From an uncultured Planctomycetota bacterium (GTDB lineage Bacteria; Planctomycetota; Planctomycetia; Gemmatales; Gemmataceae), in assembly GCA_963849325.1 (NCBI GenBank), contig CAWKHF010000010.1:448001-512000 (forward strand): a stretch of 64,000 nt of DNA, given 5' to 3'. The stretch's first letter is position 1; every line of letters begins with the position of its first letter. A program made the translations under genes and the position numbers. This document shows positions 47,608 to 59,946 of the stretch, in pieces. The notes beneath the pieces are model-generated. The model did not search any database and was not told where the DNA came from. It saw only the letters and a program-made list of their open reading frames with translations.

Positions 47608-47752
47608 GGTGATTGCGGAGAGAAATAGTGGATTAGCAACGCACTGGAGAAGCGTTGCGCCTGGCACGCTTCCTCCAAGCGTCTCGAATGAACGGTCATC
47701 TGTCAATGAGAAAGAGGCGGCCCGACGCACGGTGGGGTGGGAGGTTGGGAAA

Positions 47753-47959
47753 GTTGATGCTTGCGTGTCTGCGGGCTGGGATCGTAGAATCGTACCGAGG
47801 TGAAGGCGGCGAAGAATCGAAAGTCCAAAAGGCGGGATGAAGGCGTTGGTGGCCTCGCCCGCGGTTCAGTCCAATAGCGGCCTATCCGCCGTGCCTTTTC
47901 AGGACGCGGACACGGTTTTCAGCCGGACGGCACGGCGGATAGACCGCTCTTCATTTGGC
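47753..47959 (+). repeat. ~205-bp direct repeat copy 1 (promoter-like part plus REP-like hairpin)
   Basis: Aligns end to end with 48347-48552; TTGCGT-18-TAGAAT; 20-bp stem 47876-47895 / 47929-47948. Confidence 0.9.
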
Positions 47960-48042
47960 CTCAACGAATCGTACCTCCAAGGGCATTCTGTTATACTGAA
48001 GTGTCCAACTCGGCGCTGAGATGTCCGCCTGCGGAGGTCGAA

Positions 48043-48116
48043 TTCGTCATCACGCCTATGAGTTGCGAGGCAAGGCGAAAAAGGCCTACCGAAGCCGTCA
48101 ACGGAGAAGGTCATGA
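48043..48116 (+). pseudogene. C-terminal remnant of a BrnT/DUF4258-like toxin
   Basis: FVIT/AYELRGKAKKAYRSRQRRRS*; its TGA overlaps the next ATG (ATGA); no N-terminal part. Confidence 0.55.
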
Positions 48117-48323
48117 AGAAGAAGCAGAAGTTCCCCGCCGGCTGGGATGAGAAAGCGCATTCGTGAGGTTCTCGCCCACTACGAAAACCAGAGCGAGGAC
48201 GAACAATTCGCGGAGATCGAGGCGGCGCGGGAGGCCGAAGGTATCACTCTGATGGCGGTTCCCACCGAGTTGGTTCCGAAGGTGCGGGCCTTGCTCGGCG
48301 CGGTCAAAGTGCTTGAGCCGTGA
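48113..48323 (+). CDS. Small putative antitoxin, one frameshift ~48153
   Basis: MKKKQKFPAGWDE(K)RIREVLAHYENQSEDEQFAEIEAA...MAVPTELVPKVRALL; missed by the ORF track. Confidence 0.65.
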
Positions 48324-48346
48324 AGCGGAATAACGGGAATGGACCC

Positions 48347-48552
48347 GTTGATGCTTGCGTGTTTGCAGCTGGGATCATAGAATCGTACCGAGGTGAAGGC
48401 AGCGGAGAATCGAAAGTCCAAAAGGTGGGATGAAGGCGTTGGTGGCCTCGCCCGCGGTTTAGTCCAACAGCGGTCTATCCACCGTGCCCCGTCATGGCGG
48501 GGACACGGTCTTCGGCCGGACGGCACGGCGGATAGACCACTCTACATTCGGC
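48347..48552 (+). repeat. ~205-bp direct repeat copy 2
   Basis: TTGCGT-17-TAGAAT; hairpin ends in CTAC (GTAG on the minus strand). Confidence 0.9.
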
Positions 48553-48574
48553 ACCTTCATGGGAGCATTAGCAA

Positions 48575-48781
48575 ATGATCCCTTTACTCGCTACAATTGT
48601 CTCAATTTATTGTGTTTTGCGCTTGATCGAGATGGGTTACGAATCATCTAAGAAGTATCAAGTGCCCGCCTTTCGACTCTATAACATTTATTACCTCGGA
48701 GCAATTGTTATCGTTATCTTGTGTTTGGTCATCTTGAGTAAAGCTGACGAGGCATCGCGAGCCCTCAGCCATCTTAAATGA
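48575..48781 (+). CDS. Small two-TM hypothetical protein, AT-rich
   Basis: 68 aa, two hydrophobic segments, RBS GGGAG. Confidence 0.55.
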   Translation: MIPLLATIVSIYCVLRLIEMGYESSKKYQVPAFRLYNIYYLGAIVIVILCLVILSKADEASRALSHLK

Positions 48782-48882
48782 CGTTGTGCCGTGGAAACAA
48801 GAGAAGATCTGACTTCTCATATTGATGCCAAAAATGCGTTAACGGTTCCTAATACATAATTGCTGTTTCCAAGGAGAATGCC

Positions 48883-49221
48883 ATGCGGGCTTATGCCGTG
48901 CGAAGGTTTCAGAGTCGGGAAACTCTGGATTGGGTTGAGTCGCTGGGAAGCAGACCTGATTTATTCGTTCCATTACCCTTTGTGCCGCGAGAAGACTTTC
49001 GGGGACTGATAATACTGCTTAGGAATTTTGCCTTCATTTGGGATCGTGCAAGAATAGCATCGGGAAATGGTGAGATTGTGAACTGTGGCAGTCTGGAAGA
49101 TCAGCCTATCAGAGCGTTGACTAATATTTTTCCAAAGGGCACCCCCAAGAGGCGAAGGACTATACGCCGCGGCCCCCGCCGAATTGCTTATTGCGACCGT
49201 TGGGAAGACTGGGCCGAATAA
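48883..49221 (+). CDS. Hypothetical protein, low GC
   Basis: 112-aa ORF with RBS AAGGAG; no recognised motif. Confidence 0.45.
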   Translation: MRAYAVRRFQSRETLDWVESLGSRPDLFVPLPFVPREDFRGLIILLRNFAFIWDRARIASGNGEIVNCGSLEDQPIRALTNIFPKGTPKRRRTIRRGPRRIAYCDRWEDWAE

Positions 49222-49384
49222 GCGGTAGCCTGGGTGGAAGGCGAGGGCGCAGTGTAGAAACGGCAGTGGGGCGCTTGCCCGCATGGTAACGTCCGGCCGC
49301 GGCCGTCGCCTCGATGCAGCGGACAGGTGCCTCGCCGTTGGGGAACGCTTCCCCGCACCAGCGAGACGGCCGGCAACTCGATGG

Positions 49385-50963
49385 TCAATGCCGAAAGTGA
49401 CGGATGCCGGTGAAGACCATCGCCAGGCCGTGCTCATCGCAGGCCGCGATCGAATCGGCGTCGCGCACCGAGCCGCCCGGTTGGATGATTGCCGTGACGC
49501 CGGCACGGGCGGCCTCATCGACGTTGTCGCGGAACGGGAAGAAGGCATCGGAGGCGAGTACGGACCCTCGGCTCCGCTCGCTCGCCTTGCGAACGGCCAT
49601 ATGCACCGAGTCCACCCGGCTCATTTGTCCGGCGCCGACGCCCACCACCATGCCGCCTTTGCCCAGCACGATGGCGTTGCTCTTGACGTGCTTGCACACC
49701 AGCCAGGCGAAACGCAAATCGTGTATTTCCGCCTCGGTCGGTGCGCGTTTGCTCACGACTTTGAGCTGGGCGAAGTCATCGCTGCCAGCATCGCGGTCCT
49801 GGACGAGCAGGCCGCCCTCGATGCGGCGATAATCGAGTCCCGCCGCGCCTTGTCGAGTGCCGAGGGAACCCGTGCGCAACAGACGGACGCTCTTTTTCCA
49901 GGTCGGCCGGGTGGTCAACACCTGAAACGCCGCATCCGTGAAACCAGGAGCGATGATGCACTCGACGAAGCGGTTCGGCTCGCTGATTTGCACAGCCGTC
50001 GCCTCCTCGACTTCGCGGTTGAAGCCGAGGATGCCGCCGAAGGCGCTGAGCGGATCGCCTTCATACGCTTTGCGGAACGCCTCCACCAGCGTCTCGGCGA
50101 CGGCGGCACCGCAGGGGTTGTTGTGCTTGACGACCACGGCGGCCGGTTCGTGGAACTCGCGGACGAGATTCAACGCACTATCGAGATCGAGAAGATTATT
50201 GAAGGAAAGCTCCTTGCCGTGCAGCACTTCGGCGTTGGCAATGCAGCCTGGCGGCGCTGCCGGCTCGACGTAAAAGGCGGCTTGCTGGTGTGGGTTCTCG
50301 CCGTAACGCAGCATCTGCTTGCGGAGAAAGCGCGCCTCGAAGACGGCGGGCAACGGTTCGCTGCCGGCGCGGTTGGCGAAGTAGACGCGGATGGCCTCGT
50401 CGTAAGCGGCCGTGCGCGCGAAGGCGGCGGCGGCCAACCGCTCGCGCATCTCCAGCGTCAGGGCGCCGTTGTGTCGTCGCATTTCCTCCAGCACAACAGC
50501 GTACTGTGTCGGAGAGATGACGACGCCGACGTCTCGATAGTTCTTCGCCGCCGAGCGCAGCATCGAGGGGCCGCCGATGTCGATGTTTTCGATGATCTCC
50601 TCATGCGTCGCGCCGGGGCGGTGCGACGGTGATCTCGAAGGGATAGAGGTTGCAGACGACAAGATCGATGGCTTCGATGCCGTGCGTTCGCAGGGCGGCG
50701 ACGTGTTCAGGATTGTCGCGGACGGCGAGAATGCCGCCGTGGATGCGCGGATGCAGCGTCTTGACCCGGCCATCGAGCATCTCGGCCAAGCCCGTCACCT
50801 CGGCGATGTCGCTCACCGCCAGGCCGGCGTCGGCCAGCGCCTGGCGTGTGCCGCCGGTGGAGATCAACTCGACGTGGAAGGCGGACAGGCCGCGAGCTAG
50901 GTCGAGCAGGCCGTTCTTGTCGCTGACGCTGAGAAGGGCGCGGCGGATGGTGCGGAGGCTCAT
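49385..50963 (-). CDS. purH: Bifunctional AICAR transformylase / IMP cyclohydrolase, frameshift ~50625
   Basis: [67 protein letters not shown]. Confidence 0.97.
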
Positions 50964-50986
50964 GCGTTCTCCCGTAACGTCCCGTG

Positions 50987-51946
50987 TCACTGGCTGGCTT
51001 TCGGCTTCGCCTTCAGGTACTGATCGAACCAGTCGGCGAGCGTTTCCGTATCGCGGAGGATGGTGATCCAGAAGTGATCGCAGCCTTTCTTGACGATCAA
51101 CTTGGCGGGCACGCCGACCTCGTGGAAGCGGGCGATGATGCTTTCGGACTGCTGCAACGGCACCAGATGGTCCTTGTCGCCGTGGATGATGAGGGTCGGC
51201 GCATCGTCGGCGCTGACGTGCGTGATCGGCGAGACGCGGCGGAGGATGTCGCGAACCTTCTTCTCATCGGTGACGCGCACGTAGATGAGCTGTCCCCGAT
51301 CCAGCTCCTGAAAATCGTAGGCGGCCCGGAAGCGTCGCTCCACGTGCGGCGGATCGAGAACGGCGCCGGGCTTTCCCCAGTTGAGAAAGTCGGTCGGCGG
51401 AAAGAAGCAGGCGACGGCCTGGACGCGGCTGGAGACACGCTCGACCGGATCGCGGTCCTTGGGGTCGCCGGGCTGGCCGGCCGTGCCCATCATCAGCGCC
51501 AGGTGTCCTCCCGCCGAGCCGCCGCTGATGCCGAGGTGGTCGGGGTCAATGTGGTAGTCGCGGGCATGGCAGCGGACGAAGCGGACAGCGCGGTGGATGT
51601 CCTCGAGAATATCCGGGATGGCGAACTTCGGCTGCGTGCCGTGGACGACGGCGAAGACGGTGTAGCCATGCTTCAAGAAAGCGTGATACATCTCGGGACG
51701 GATGGCGCCGGGGCTGGAGCGCCAGCCGCCGCTGACGATACAGACAATACCCAGTCCGTTGGCGTTTTCCTTCGGGGCGAACACGTCCATCGTCAGAGCG
51801 AGTCCGGCCTTACGGCCGTAGATCACGTCGCGCGTCCGCGTAAAGGCGGGGACGCTGTCCGTGGCGTCGTCGTCGGCACGGACGCCACCGACGGCGAGAA
51901 GGATGAGGAGAAAGCTCAACAGTTGCGATGACAGCACTCGATACAT
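50987..51946 (-). CDS. Secreted alpha/beta hydrolase (esterase/lipase)
   Basis: [12 protein letters not shown] nucleophile elbow, HGDKDHLVP, terminal His. Confidence 0.9.
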   Translation of the reverse strand: MYRVLSSQLLSFLLILLAVGGVRADDDATDSVPAFTRTRDVIYGRKAGLALTMDVFAPKENANGLGIVCIVSGGWRSSPGAIRPEMYHAFLKHGYTVFAVVHGTQPKFAIPDILEDIHRAVRFVRCHARDYHIDPDHLGISGGSAGGHLALMMGTAGQPGDPKDRDPVERVSSRVQAVACFFPPTDFLNWGKPGAVLDPPHVERRFRAAYDFQELDRGQLIYVRVTDEKKVRDILRRVSPITHVSADDAPTLIIHGDKDHLVPLQQSESIIARFHEVGVPAKLIVKKGCDHFWITILRDTETLADWFDQYLKAKPKASQ

Positions 51947-52140
51947 GGCGACCCTCGAATCGCAGGGGATGTCCAGGCAACGGATGATGTTTCAGCGTAT
52001 CCGCCGTGGGCGGCCGGTGCAATGGTCGAGGCCGAATCAGGGCGGAAAACCAGGATTTTCTCTCCCCGCTCGCAGCCGGAGATGATACCATCCTCGTAGG
52101 TCCATTGCCGCGCACGCTGCTTCAACCGGCCGAGACACCC

Positions 52141-53201
<1,061 letters not shown>

Positions 53202-53250
53202 TACACGCATCCTTTCATGGTATCCCGTTGCTGTAGTTGGCTTGGACCCG

Positions 53251-53643
53251 ATGGACTTTCGCGTACCCGAATACATCCAAACTCGGCTTCGGCAGCGCCC
53301 ACCAAATGGCCTGCCAATCGTTCCGGGGTCAACGCCAGTGGTGGCGTTCGGAGACGTGCGTAAGGCGAAGGTAGCCACACTTGGATGGAATCCAAGCAAG
53401 CTTGCGTTTCTTGACCGCCGCGGGAGCGAGTTGACAGGCTCACAACAGCGATTGGAAACATTATTGTCACTCGGAGAAAGCGACCTCTCGTCTGCGTCCT
53501 CCAATGCTATCTACCGTGTCTTTGATACCTGCAACAATTACTTCCAGCGACGCCCTTACCGAAAATAGTTCGACGTTCTGGAAAAGGTTCTACTTCCGTT
53601 GGGGACGTCCTACTATGCTGGCACGGCTTGCCATCTGGATTTA
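53251..53643 (+). pseudogene. Disrupted hypothetical protein (UDG-superfamily-like)
   Basis: PVVAFGD...VATLGWNPS; in-frame TAG at 53566, reading continues to ACHLDL, then is cut by an IS end at 53644. Confidence 0.65.
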
Positions 53644-53815
53644 GAGCCTATCCGGTTAACCCCATCCGCTTGTAAATGATGAAGGCGAAAGACATATGCA
53701 GCAGAGCAATATAATTCTCAGCCTTCTTGCCCCAACGGATCAGGATGCCGCGGAATCGGTTCATCCAACTGTGCGTCCGCTCCACCACCCAACGTCTCGC
53801 CTTACGGCCGGCCTT
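53644..53815 (-). mobile_element. IS5-family right-end remnant
   Basis: ARRWVVERTHSWMNRFRGILIRW transposase C-terminus; terminus GGATAGGCTC next to a TAA target. Confidence 0.8.
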
Positions 53816-54061
53816 CCGCTTCACCTGCTGCTCGACCAACTTTTCGGGATCCTGGATGCGAAGCTCGAACTCGGCTCCGAGCACACTCGCAAGGGCCAAC
53901 ACGCTCTTGAGGCTGGAGGAAGTCCGCTTTTCCTTGAGGATGCGGCACACGGTCGCCCTGGACAATTGGGCCCGCTCGGCCAAGATGGGCAGAGGCATCT
54001 TCAACGCTCGCCGCTGCTTCTCCAGAGCCTCCAGCCATTTTTGCACGTTCGTCACCGGCAT
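53648..54061 (-). CDS. XRE-type HTH protein fused in frame to an IS5 transposase tail
   Basis: RRALKMPLPILAERAQLSRATVCRIL HTH; RBS AGGAGG; junction near KRKAGRKARRW. Confidence 0.7.
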   Translation of the reverse strand: MPVTNVQKWLEALEKQRRALKMPLPILAERAQLSRATVCRILKEKRTSSSLKSVLALASVLGAEFELRIQDPEKLVEQQVKRKAGRKARRWVVERTHSWMNRFRGILIRWGKKAENYIALLHMSFAFIIYKRMGLTG

Positions 54062-54086
54062 AACCCACCTCCTCTCTACTTGAACA

Positions 54087-54136
54087 GTATCGTCCGTGAG
54101 GCGAGGAAGTCAATAGAATAGTCTCACGGATGAGAC
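54087..54136 (-). promoter_or_regulatory. Promoter with two operator-like sites for the HTH gene
   Basis: Palindrome GTCTCA-CGGA-TGAGAC (54121-54136), a 13/16 match at 54087-54102, and TTGACT (-35, minus strand) between them. Confidence 0.6.
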
Positions 54137-54293
54137 GATTTTTGCGCGGCGATCCCTAGAACCATAACGGCAGGAACTGAAGAGAGGGCAGCACGTCCGC
54201 TCGCCTCCCTCAAGTTGGCGGAGAAACCGAGGCGCCTCGCGTCACGAAGAACGGCATTGTCTCACTCCAAGTCGCTTCCGAGGCGCCGGCGAC

Positions 54294-57200
54294 TTATTTC
54301 GACGTTTTCCGCGGCACGCCCTTCAGGTCATTGACCGTTAGCCGAACGGCGATCTTCGCCTTGGATTCGAGTGTCGCGCGCTGGAGCCAACCATCGATCT
54401 CCGTCCAACTCCAGTCGGAGCGATAGCCCGGCGCGGCGGTGATCTCCCGCAGCATCGTGAGGTCGTTGCCGGGGGGGCCGCCGGTCAGGTGCATGGCGAT
54501 GGCGCGGAAACCGCAGAGCAAGGCGAGGTTTCTTCTCTTCGTCTCGCCGGCGCCGCCGGGCTTCCATCCTTTCCTGTCCAGCTCGGCCATCAACTTCAGC
54601 GCCTCCGCGGGTTGTCCCGTGATAATCAACGTCTCGAACAGTTTCAGCGCGTCGCCGGTGCCGGACTCGCTTTGGGGATCGCGTTCCAAATCCCGCCGGA
54701 ACGCCGCGACCTTCCAATTCATCATCTCCCGGACGAAGACGTCCGCGAACACTTTCTTGTCTTTCTCGGCCTCGCCTTTGCTCCCCTTCAACAACTCGGT
54801 GATGTCCTTTGGCAGCACGATGCGAACGTTCGAGTCGAGCTCAAACAACTGGGCGAGCTTGCGGGCCGCCGAGACGTGACCCTGGCGCACCGCCCGAAAA
54901 GCCCAGCGAGCCGCCTCGATCGGGTTGTCCTTCTGAAGCAGCTCGGCCAGGGCAGCCTGTCCTTCGCCGACCTGCTGGCGCCACGTCGCCTGGAACGATT
55001 CATCCAGCAACCCCTCGAAGGTGTCGAGGTGACGGCGGTACAGGAGGTAGGCGCTCTCGAAGCTGTTGAGCTGAGCGTGTACACGGCCAAGGCTGAAGTA
55101 GACGCGGCCCAGCAACTCGCGCAAGCCAGCGTCGGCGGGAGAACGCCGAGACAATCCCTCCAGCAGCCGCTGCGCCGCCTGAAATGACGGCACGGCCTCG
55201 GTTTGACGTTTCGCCCGGGCGCAGGCATCGCCCAGCTCGTGGTAGCCCCGAGCCAGGTCGAGCCGAGCGGAAACGCTCGGCGTTTTGTCCGCCCTCGCCT
55301 TGAGATCGACGACCTTGGCGCGGAGGGAAGCGACCGGGTCCACTTTCTCTCCCGGGGGAGCGGAGGCCGTGTTGGGATCCTCGTCCGGGTTTTCGGCCGT
55401 CGTCGTGCCCAGGGCGTAAACGCACAGATCCTGGAACGACACGTTATTATCGTGGGCGATCTTGTGCAGCTTGCGGAACGATTCACGAACTTCTTCCGGG
55501 ACTTTTCCGCCGCGCTCTTCCAGCAGCCACCGCGCCTGGTCTTCGAGCGGGTCTTTCGGCCACGGGGTTTCGGTGATGTAGATGTGGAAGGGATATTTCA
55601 AGCCGTCGAAGTCGCACGGGACGGTGAAGCGCTTCATGCCGGGACTGCTCGCGACGAACTTGCGCAAGCGAACGGCCTCGTCCTCATCCGTGGGATTTTT
55701 CGGATCGACATACGGGTCAATCTTCATGCCCTGGATGGGACCGAGCCAGACCTTCAGGTATTCTCTCTGGGCGAGTACCTCGTTGCGAGAATCGGCTCGG
55801 GCCTGGTGACACTCGACCAGATGCATGTAATTGCCGCCCACCTGCTGACGCAACCACCAGTGCCACGGCGCCTCCTCGAAGGCGGATTTGCTCGCCGCCA
55901 AGGCGTCGTTGTAGGCTTGAACCGCTTCCCGAAGCAGTCCCGCCTGCTGATACAGCCCGGCGGCAAGACTCAACATCGTCCCCAGGGAGCGTCGTCCCTC
56001 CCGCGTGGGACAGGATTTGCCCAACTCGTGGGCCAGATGCGCCCAGTAGAATACCTTGTCCTTGCGCTCCAGTCGCTTGGCGCACTGGACCGCGGACTCC
56101 GTGGCCTTCAAGAACTCCTCCACGCGCCACGGCTCGGGCGAAGCCGAGGGAGCGACGATCCGGGTCCGGTACACCTCGACGCATTCCTCATGCAGCGGCA
56201 GGGCCGCTGCGTCGCGCTTGGCTTCCTCCTCCTCGTACAGGGCGCGGCGGTAAAGGACCTGAGTAAACTGAGAATTGACCTCGGGACTGGCCGCGAAGCG
56301 TTCGGCCAACTTGCGCCCGTCTGTCACGGCGGCATCGAGCGCCCGCAGATATTCGCTTTGACGCTGGACTGGATCGGACACCATCGGGTTGACTTGATAG
56401 AACTGCGTCAGCAAGAAACGAAAGCGGATGGCGTGCCCCGCAAAGGCCTGCCAATCCTCCGCCCGCGCAGCCAGACCATCCATGAGCTGACAAACCTCCT
56501 CGCGCATCGCCTTGGCGTCGGCGAATTCTCGTCGTCGGGTCAGGAGAGTCACCATCCGGTTCAAGGTGTCGGCCAGGATCAATTGCGATCGCACCGCGTC
56601 GGGGTCCGCCTTGACCAAGGCCCGCGCCAGCACTTCGGCCTCGCGCTGACACGCCATCGCCTCCTTGCGCTTTCCCAATCGATCCACCGCCTCGGCCTTG
56701 TCACTTAGGGTATAGATTTTGTAGAACAAGAGTTGCGGAGAACCCGGGGCCAGAGTCAACCCTTCGTCGCCGGGAACCAACGCCTTGTCCAGGGCGGCCA
56801 CAAGGGCGGCCTGGTCTTTGCCATCCCAGCGAATCCAGGCCAGCTTGTACGCCGCCTCCATCAGGCCCGCCAGGCCGTCCACCTTGCGATAGTCGGCGCG
56901 GACCAACGGCTCGTACCATTCCATCGCCCGAGCATATAGTTGGGCCCGCGCCGGCTCGTCCGCTTTCCTGGTCATGCTGGAGGCGAGGGGTTGGCAGGCG
57001 CGGGCGAGCAGGAAGCGGAAATCGTTGCTGTCCGGTGCGTCCCTCAGGGCCGCTTCCGCCAGTTCGATCACCCGCGTGCAGTGCTTCCGCGCCTCTTCAT
57101 TCCGCGAGTCCGACCAGCAGAGGTAGCCCAACTCGTAATGGGCCTCGCACAGGTGTCGGCGGTGCTCCGGCACGTCGGGCGCTTGCCGCGCCAGCCGCTC

Positions 57201-59736
57201 GTAAATCTCGATGGCCTTCTCCAAATCGGCCTTGGCCCGCTCGAACGAGCCGATGCGGGCGCGGATCATGCCGAGCACTGTGTGGGCGCGGGCCAGCCGC
57301 GGCGGAAGTGTCGCATCGTCCGGACTCATGGCCACGAGTTGTTGCAAACCTTGCAGACGGACGTTGGCCATCCCCTCGTGGGCGGCATCAGCCCGGCAAC
57401 GTGCCGCAGGTCTTCCGCCTTCACCGAGGCGTAAGCCTCCTCCACCACCTTCCACACGACTTCCGACTCGCGGCGGCTTCGGGTCAGGTCGTCCAGCGCC
57501 TTCTCGGCCTTCTCGCGCTCGCGCAACTCCCGTTGACCGGCCTCAATGGCGTCATTGCGTTCGGCGCGGATGCGAACGAAGGCCAGGACCACGCCGAGCA
57601 TCGTCAACAGAAGAATGCCGGCCGCCGTCCCCAGGCCGAGCCGATGGCGACGCACGTATTTGCCCAGCAGGTAGTGCAGGCTCGGCGGCTGGGCCGAGAC
57701 CGGCTCGCCGCGCAGGAAACGGCCCAGATCCTCCGCCAGTTCCGCCGCCGTGCCGTAACGCCGCGCTCGGTCTTTCTCCAGGCACTTCAGGACGACGGCT
57801 TCCAGGTCGCGCGGAACGTGTCGATTGTGCTTGCGCGGACTGTCCGGGTCGGTAGACTGGATGCGCAGCATCAGGTCCGGCGTCGGCGTGTCCTCGCCGG
57901 CCCCGAACATTGGCCGCAAGGTCAGCAATTCCCACAGCGTCGCGCCGAGGCTGTACACGTCGGTGCGTCGATCCACCTTCCCCGCGGCGAGGACCTGCTC
58001 GGGACTGGCATAGCGAAGGGTGCCGACGAACTGGCGCGTGCGCGTCAGCCGTCCGTCGGTCTCGTCGGCGAGCTGGGCCAGGCCCAAGTCCATCAGGACC
58101 GGATGGGCCTCGGCGGGCGTCAGCATGATGTTGCCGGGCTTGATGTCGCGGTGGACGACGCCGGCCTCGTGTAGGGCGTGCGCCGCCTCCGCCACCTGCC
58201 GGACGATCTCGACCGCCCGCTCCACGTAGCCGCGCCCCGTCGGCGCCGGCGCGACGCGAGCAGGGCGCGGCGCCGACGAAGCCGCCTCGGCGTGAGGTTG
58301 GCCCTCACTCAAGGGAGTTTCGCGGCTGCGGGCCTGCTCGCACGCCGTCGTCAGCGCCTGCTGCCAGCGCGTGTCGTCCAGCTCCGCGGCGCTGCTGCCG
58401 GCCAGCTGCTCGCACACGCTCGCCAGCTCGGCCCCGTCGATCAGCTCCATCACATAGAACCACTGATCGCCCTCGGCGCCGGAGGTGAAGACCTTGACGA
58501 GGTTGGGATGTTCGACCCGTCCCAGGGCGCGGATCTCGCGGGAAAAGCGTGCCTCGCCCTTGGGGTCGCCGCTGCGGAGCATGCACTTGAGCGCCACCTG
58601 CCGCCCCAGGGACGGTTGCCAGGCGCGGTAGACGACACCCATGCCGCCCTGGCCGAGCCGGCTGAGCAGCTCGAACTCGCCGACGACCCGCGCCGCGCCG
58701 GTAGCCGGTACAGCGCCGCTCGGTTCTTCGGCGAGGCTGCGAGCGGCCCAGACATCGGCGGCGGCGCCATCGACGGATTGCCCGAGCACGTGCGACAACA
58801 GCTCCCAGCGGCCGTCTCCCAGCGCCTCCTGCTTCAAGACCTCGCCGGTGTTGTAGCAAAGATATTCGACCTGACGGCGGCCCCGGCGCGAGTTGAGGAA
58901 ATAACTGCGGGCCGCGTCGAGGTCGTGATGCACCAGGGGATACAGCGAACGCAAAGTCGGGAAAGGGACCGACACGGCCGGGTCGCGCTGGCCCTCGACG
59001 TAGACGCGATCGGTCTGCGGCAGCCGGGCGACTTCGGCTTCGGGCAGACGGAGCGGTTCGGTGCGGCGGGCCGTCTCGCCGACGAGGAGATAGCGGTCGA
59101 TGATCCAACCGCCGCCGGCCTGCCGGCGCACGTCGGTGACAAAGACCAGCCGTCGTCCGGCCAGCACATCGACGCGATCGAACAGTTCGCCCAGGCCGGA
59201 GCGCAGGGCCGCGCTCATCCCTTCGTAGAACGCGGTCGGCCGCTGTCCGGCGGCCCCGTGACCGACCTCGACGTTGCGATACTGCACCAGCCGCTCGAAC
59301 AACTCCGTCAGGCGAACCGTGCCTGCGCCCCGCCGCGGCCACCCAGCGCCTCGGTTAGCGAAGCGTACAGGCCGGCCGTCCGGGGCATGTCGTCACGGGC
59401 ACGCCCCAGCACTACGTCGCGCAGTGCCGGGAAGCCCTTGACGCCCGCGTCCGCCAGGACCGGGACCAGCCGGCGCACGAACTCCCACCAGTGCCCGACC
59501 GACGGACGAGCGAGGTTCTTGAGCCGCTCCGCCAACTCCGGATCGCGGTCCTTCAACGAGGCATATTCGCGGACGGCGACCGAGGCCATCAGTTTCAAGC
59601 CGGCTTCCCACAGGTAGTACGCCGCCAGGTGACGCTCCAGGGGCGTCTTGGCGTTGTGCGCCCGCCGATAGAGGTGGGCCAGCGGCAGCGGCAGCTTCTG
59701 CGTGAATCGATCATCGAAGGCGACGGCGGCATTCAT
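54294..59736 (-). CDS. Giant HEPN-like - Ser/Thr kinase - TM - TPR - DUF2610 - TPR protein, frameshifts ~59310 and ~57380
   Basis: YRNVEVGHG; LGQGGMGVVY, VALK, HRDIKPGN, DLG, YASPEQ; TM; TPR-like repeats; MKRFTVPCDF...ERGG...SFQDLCVYAL. Confidence 0.82.
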
Positions 59737-59946
59737 GGTCGGTCTCGTTGGGAGAGAAGCCGGATCGCGCCCGGCGGTGAAAACCGGCGCTTCAGATCCC
59801 GGCTGAGTTCACAACTTGACGGAGAGAATGGTAACACGCCATCCAATTCCCCGCAAGAAACTCTCAATACTTGACAGAGCGGCATGCAGCGAAGATGATC
59901 GGACCAGACGCATCCGTTCCGCCCAGATCCTTACCCGAGACGGCTG

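Noticed and set aside
47860-48552. Integron attC sites in the direct repeats
   Set aside because: GTCCAAC fits RYYYAAC in only one copy, there is no matching GTTRRRY, the repeat extends over 100 nt upstream, and no integrase is visible.
48393-48578. 61-aa ORF in repeat copy 2
   Set aside because: The same frame has a TAG in copy 1 and runs through the hairpin.
49385-50990. Programmed frameshift or ZTP riboswitch at purH
   Set aside because: No slippery site is evident, indels are window-wide, and the upstream gene ends about 23 nt before the start.
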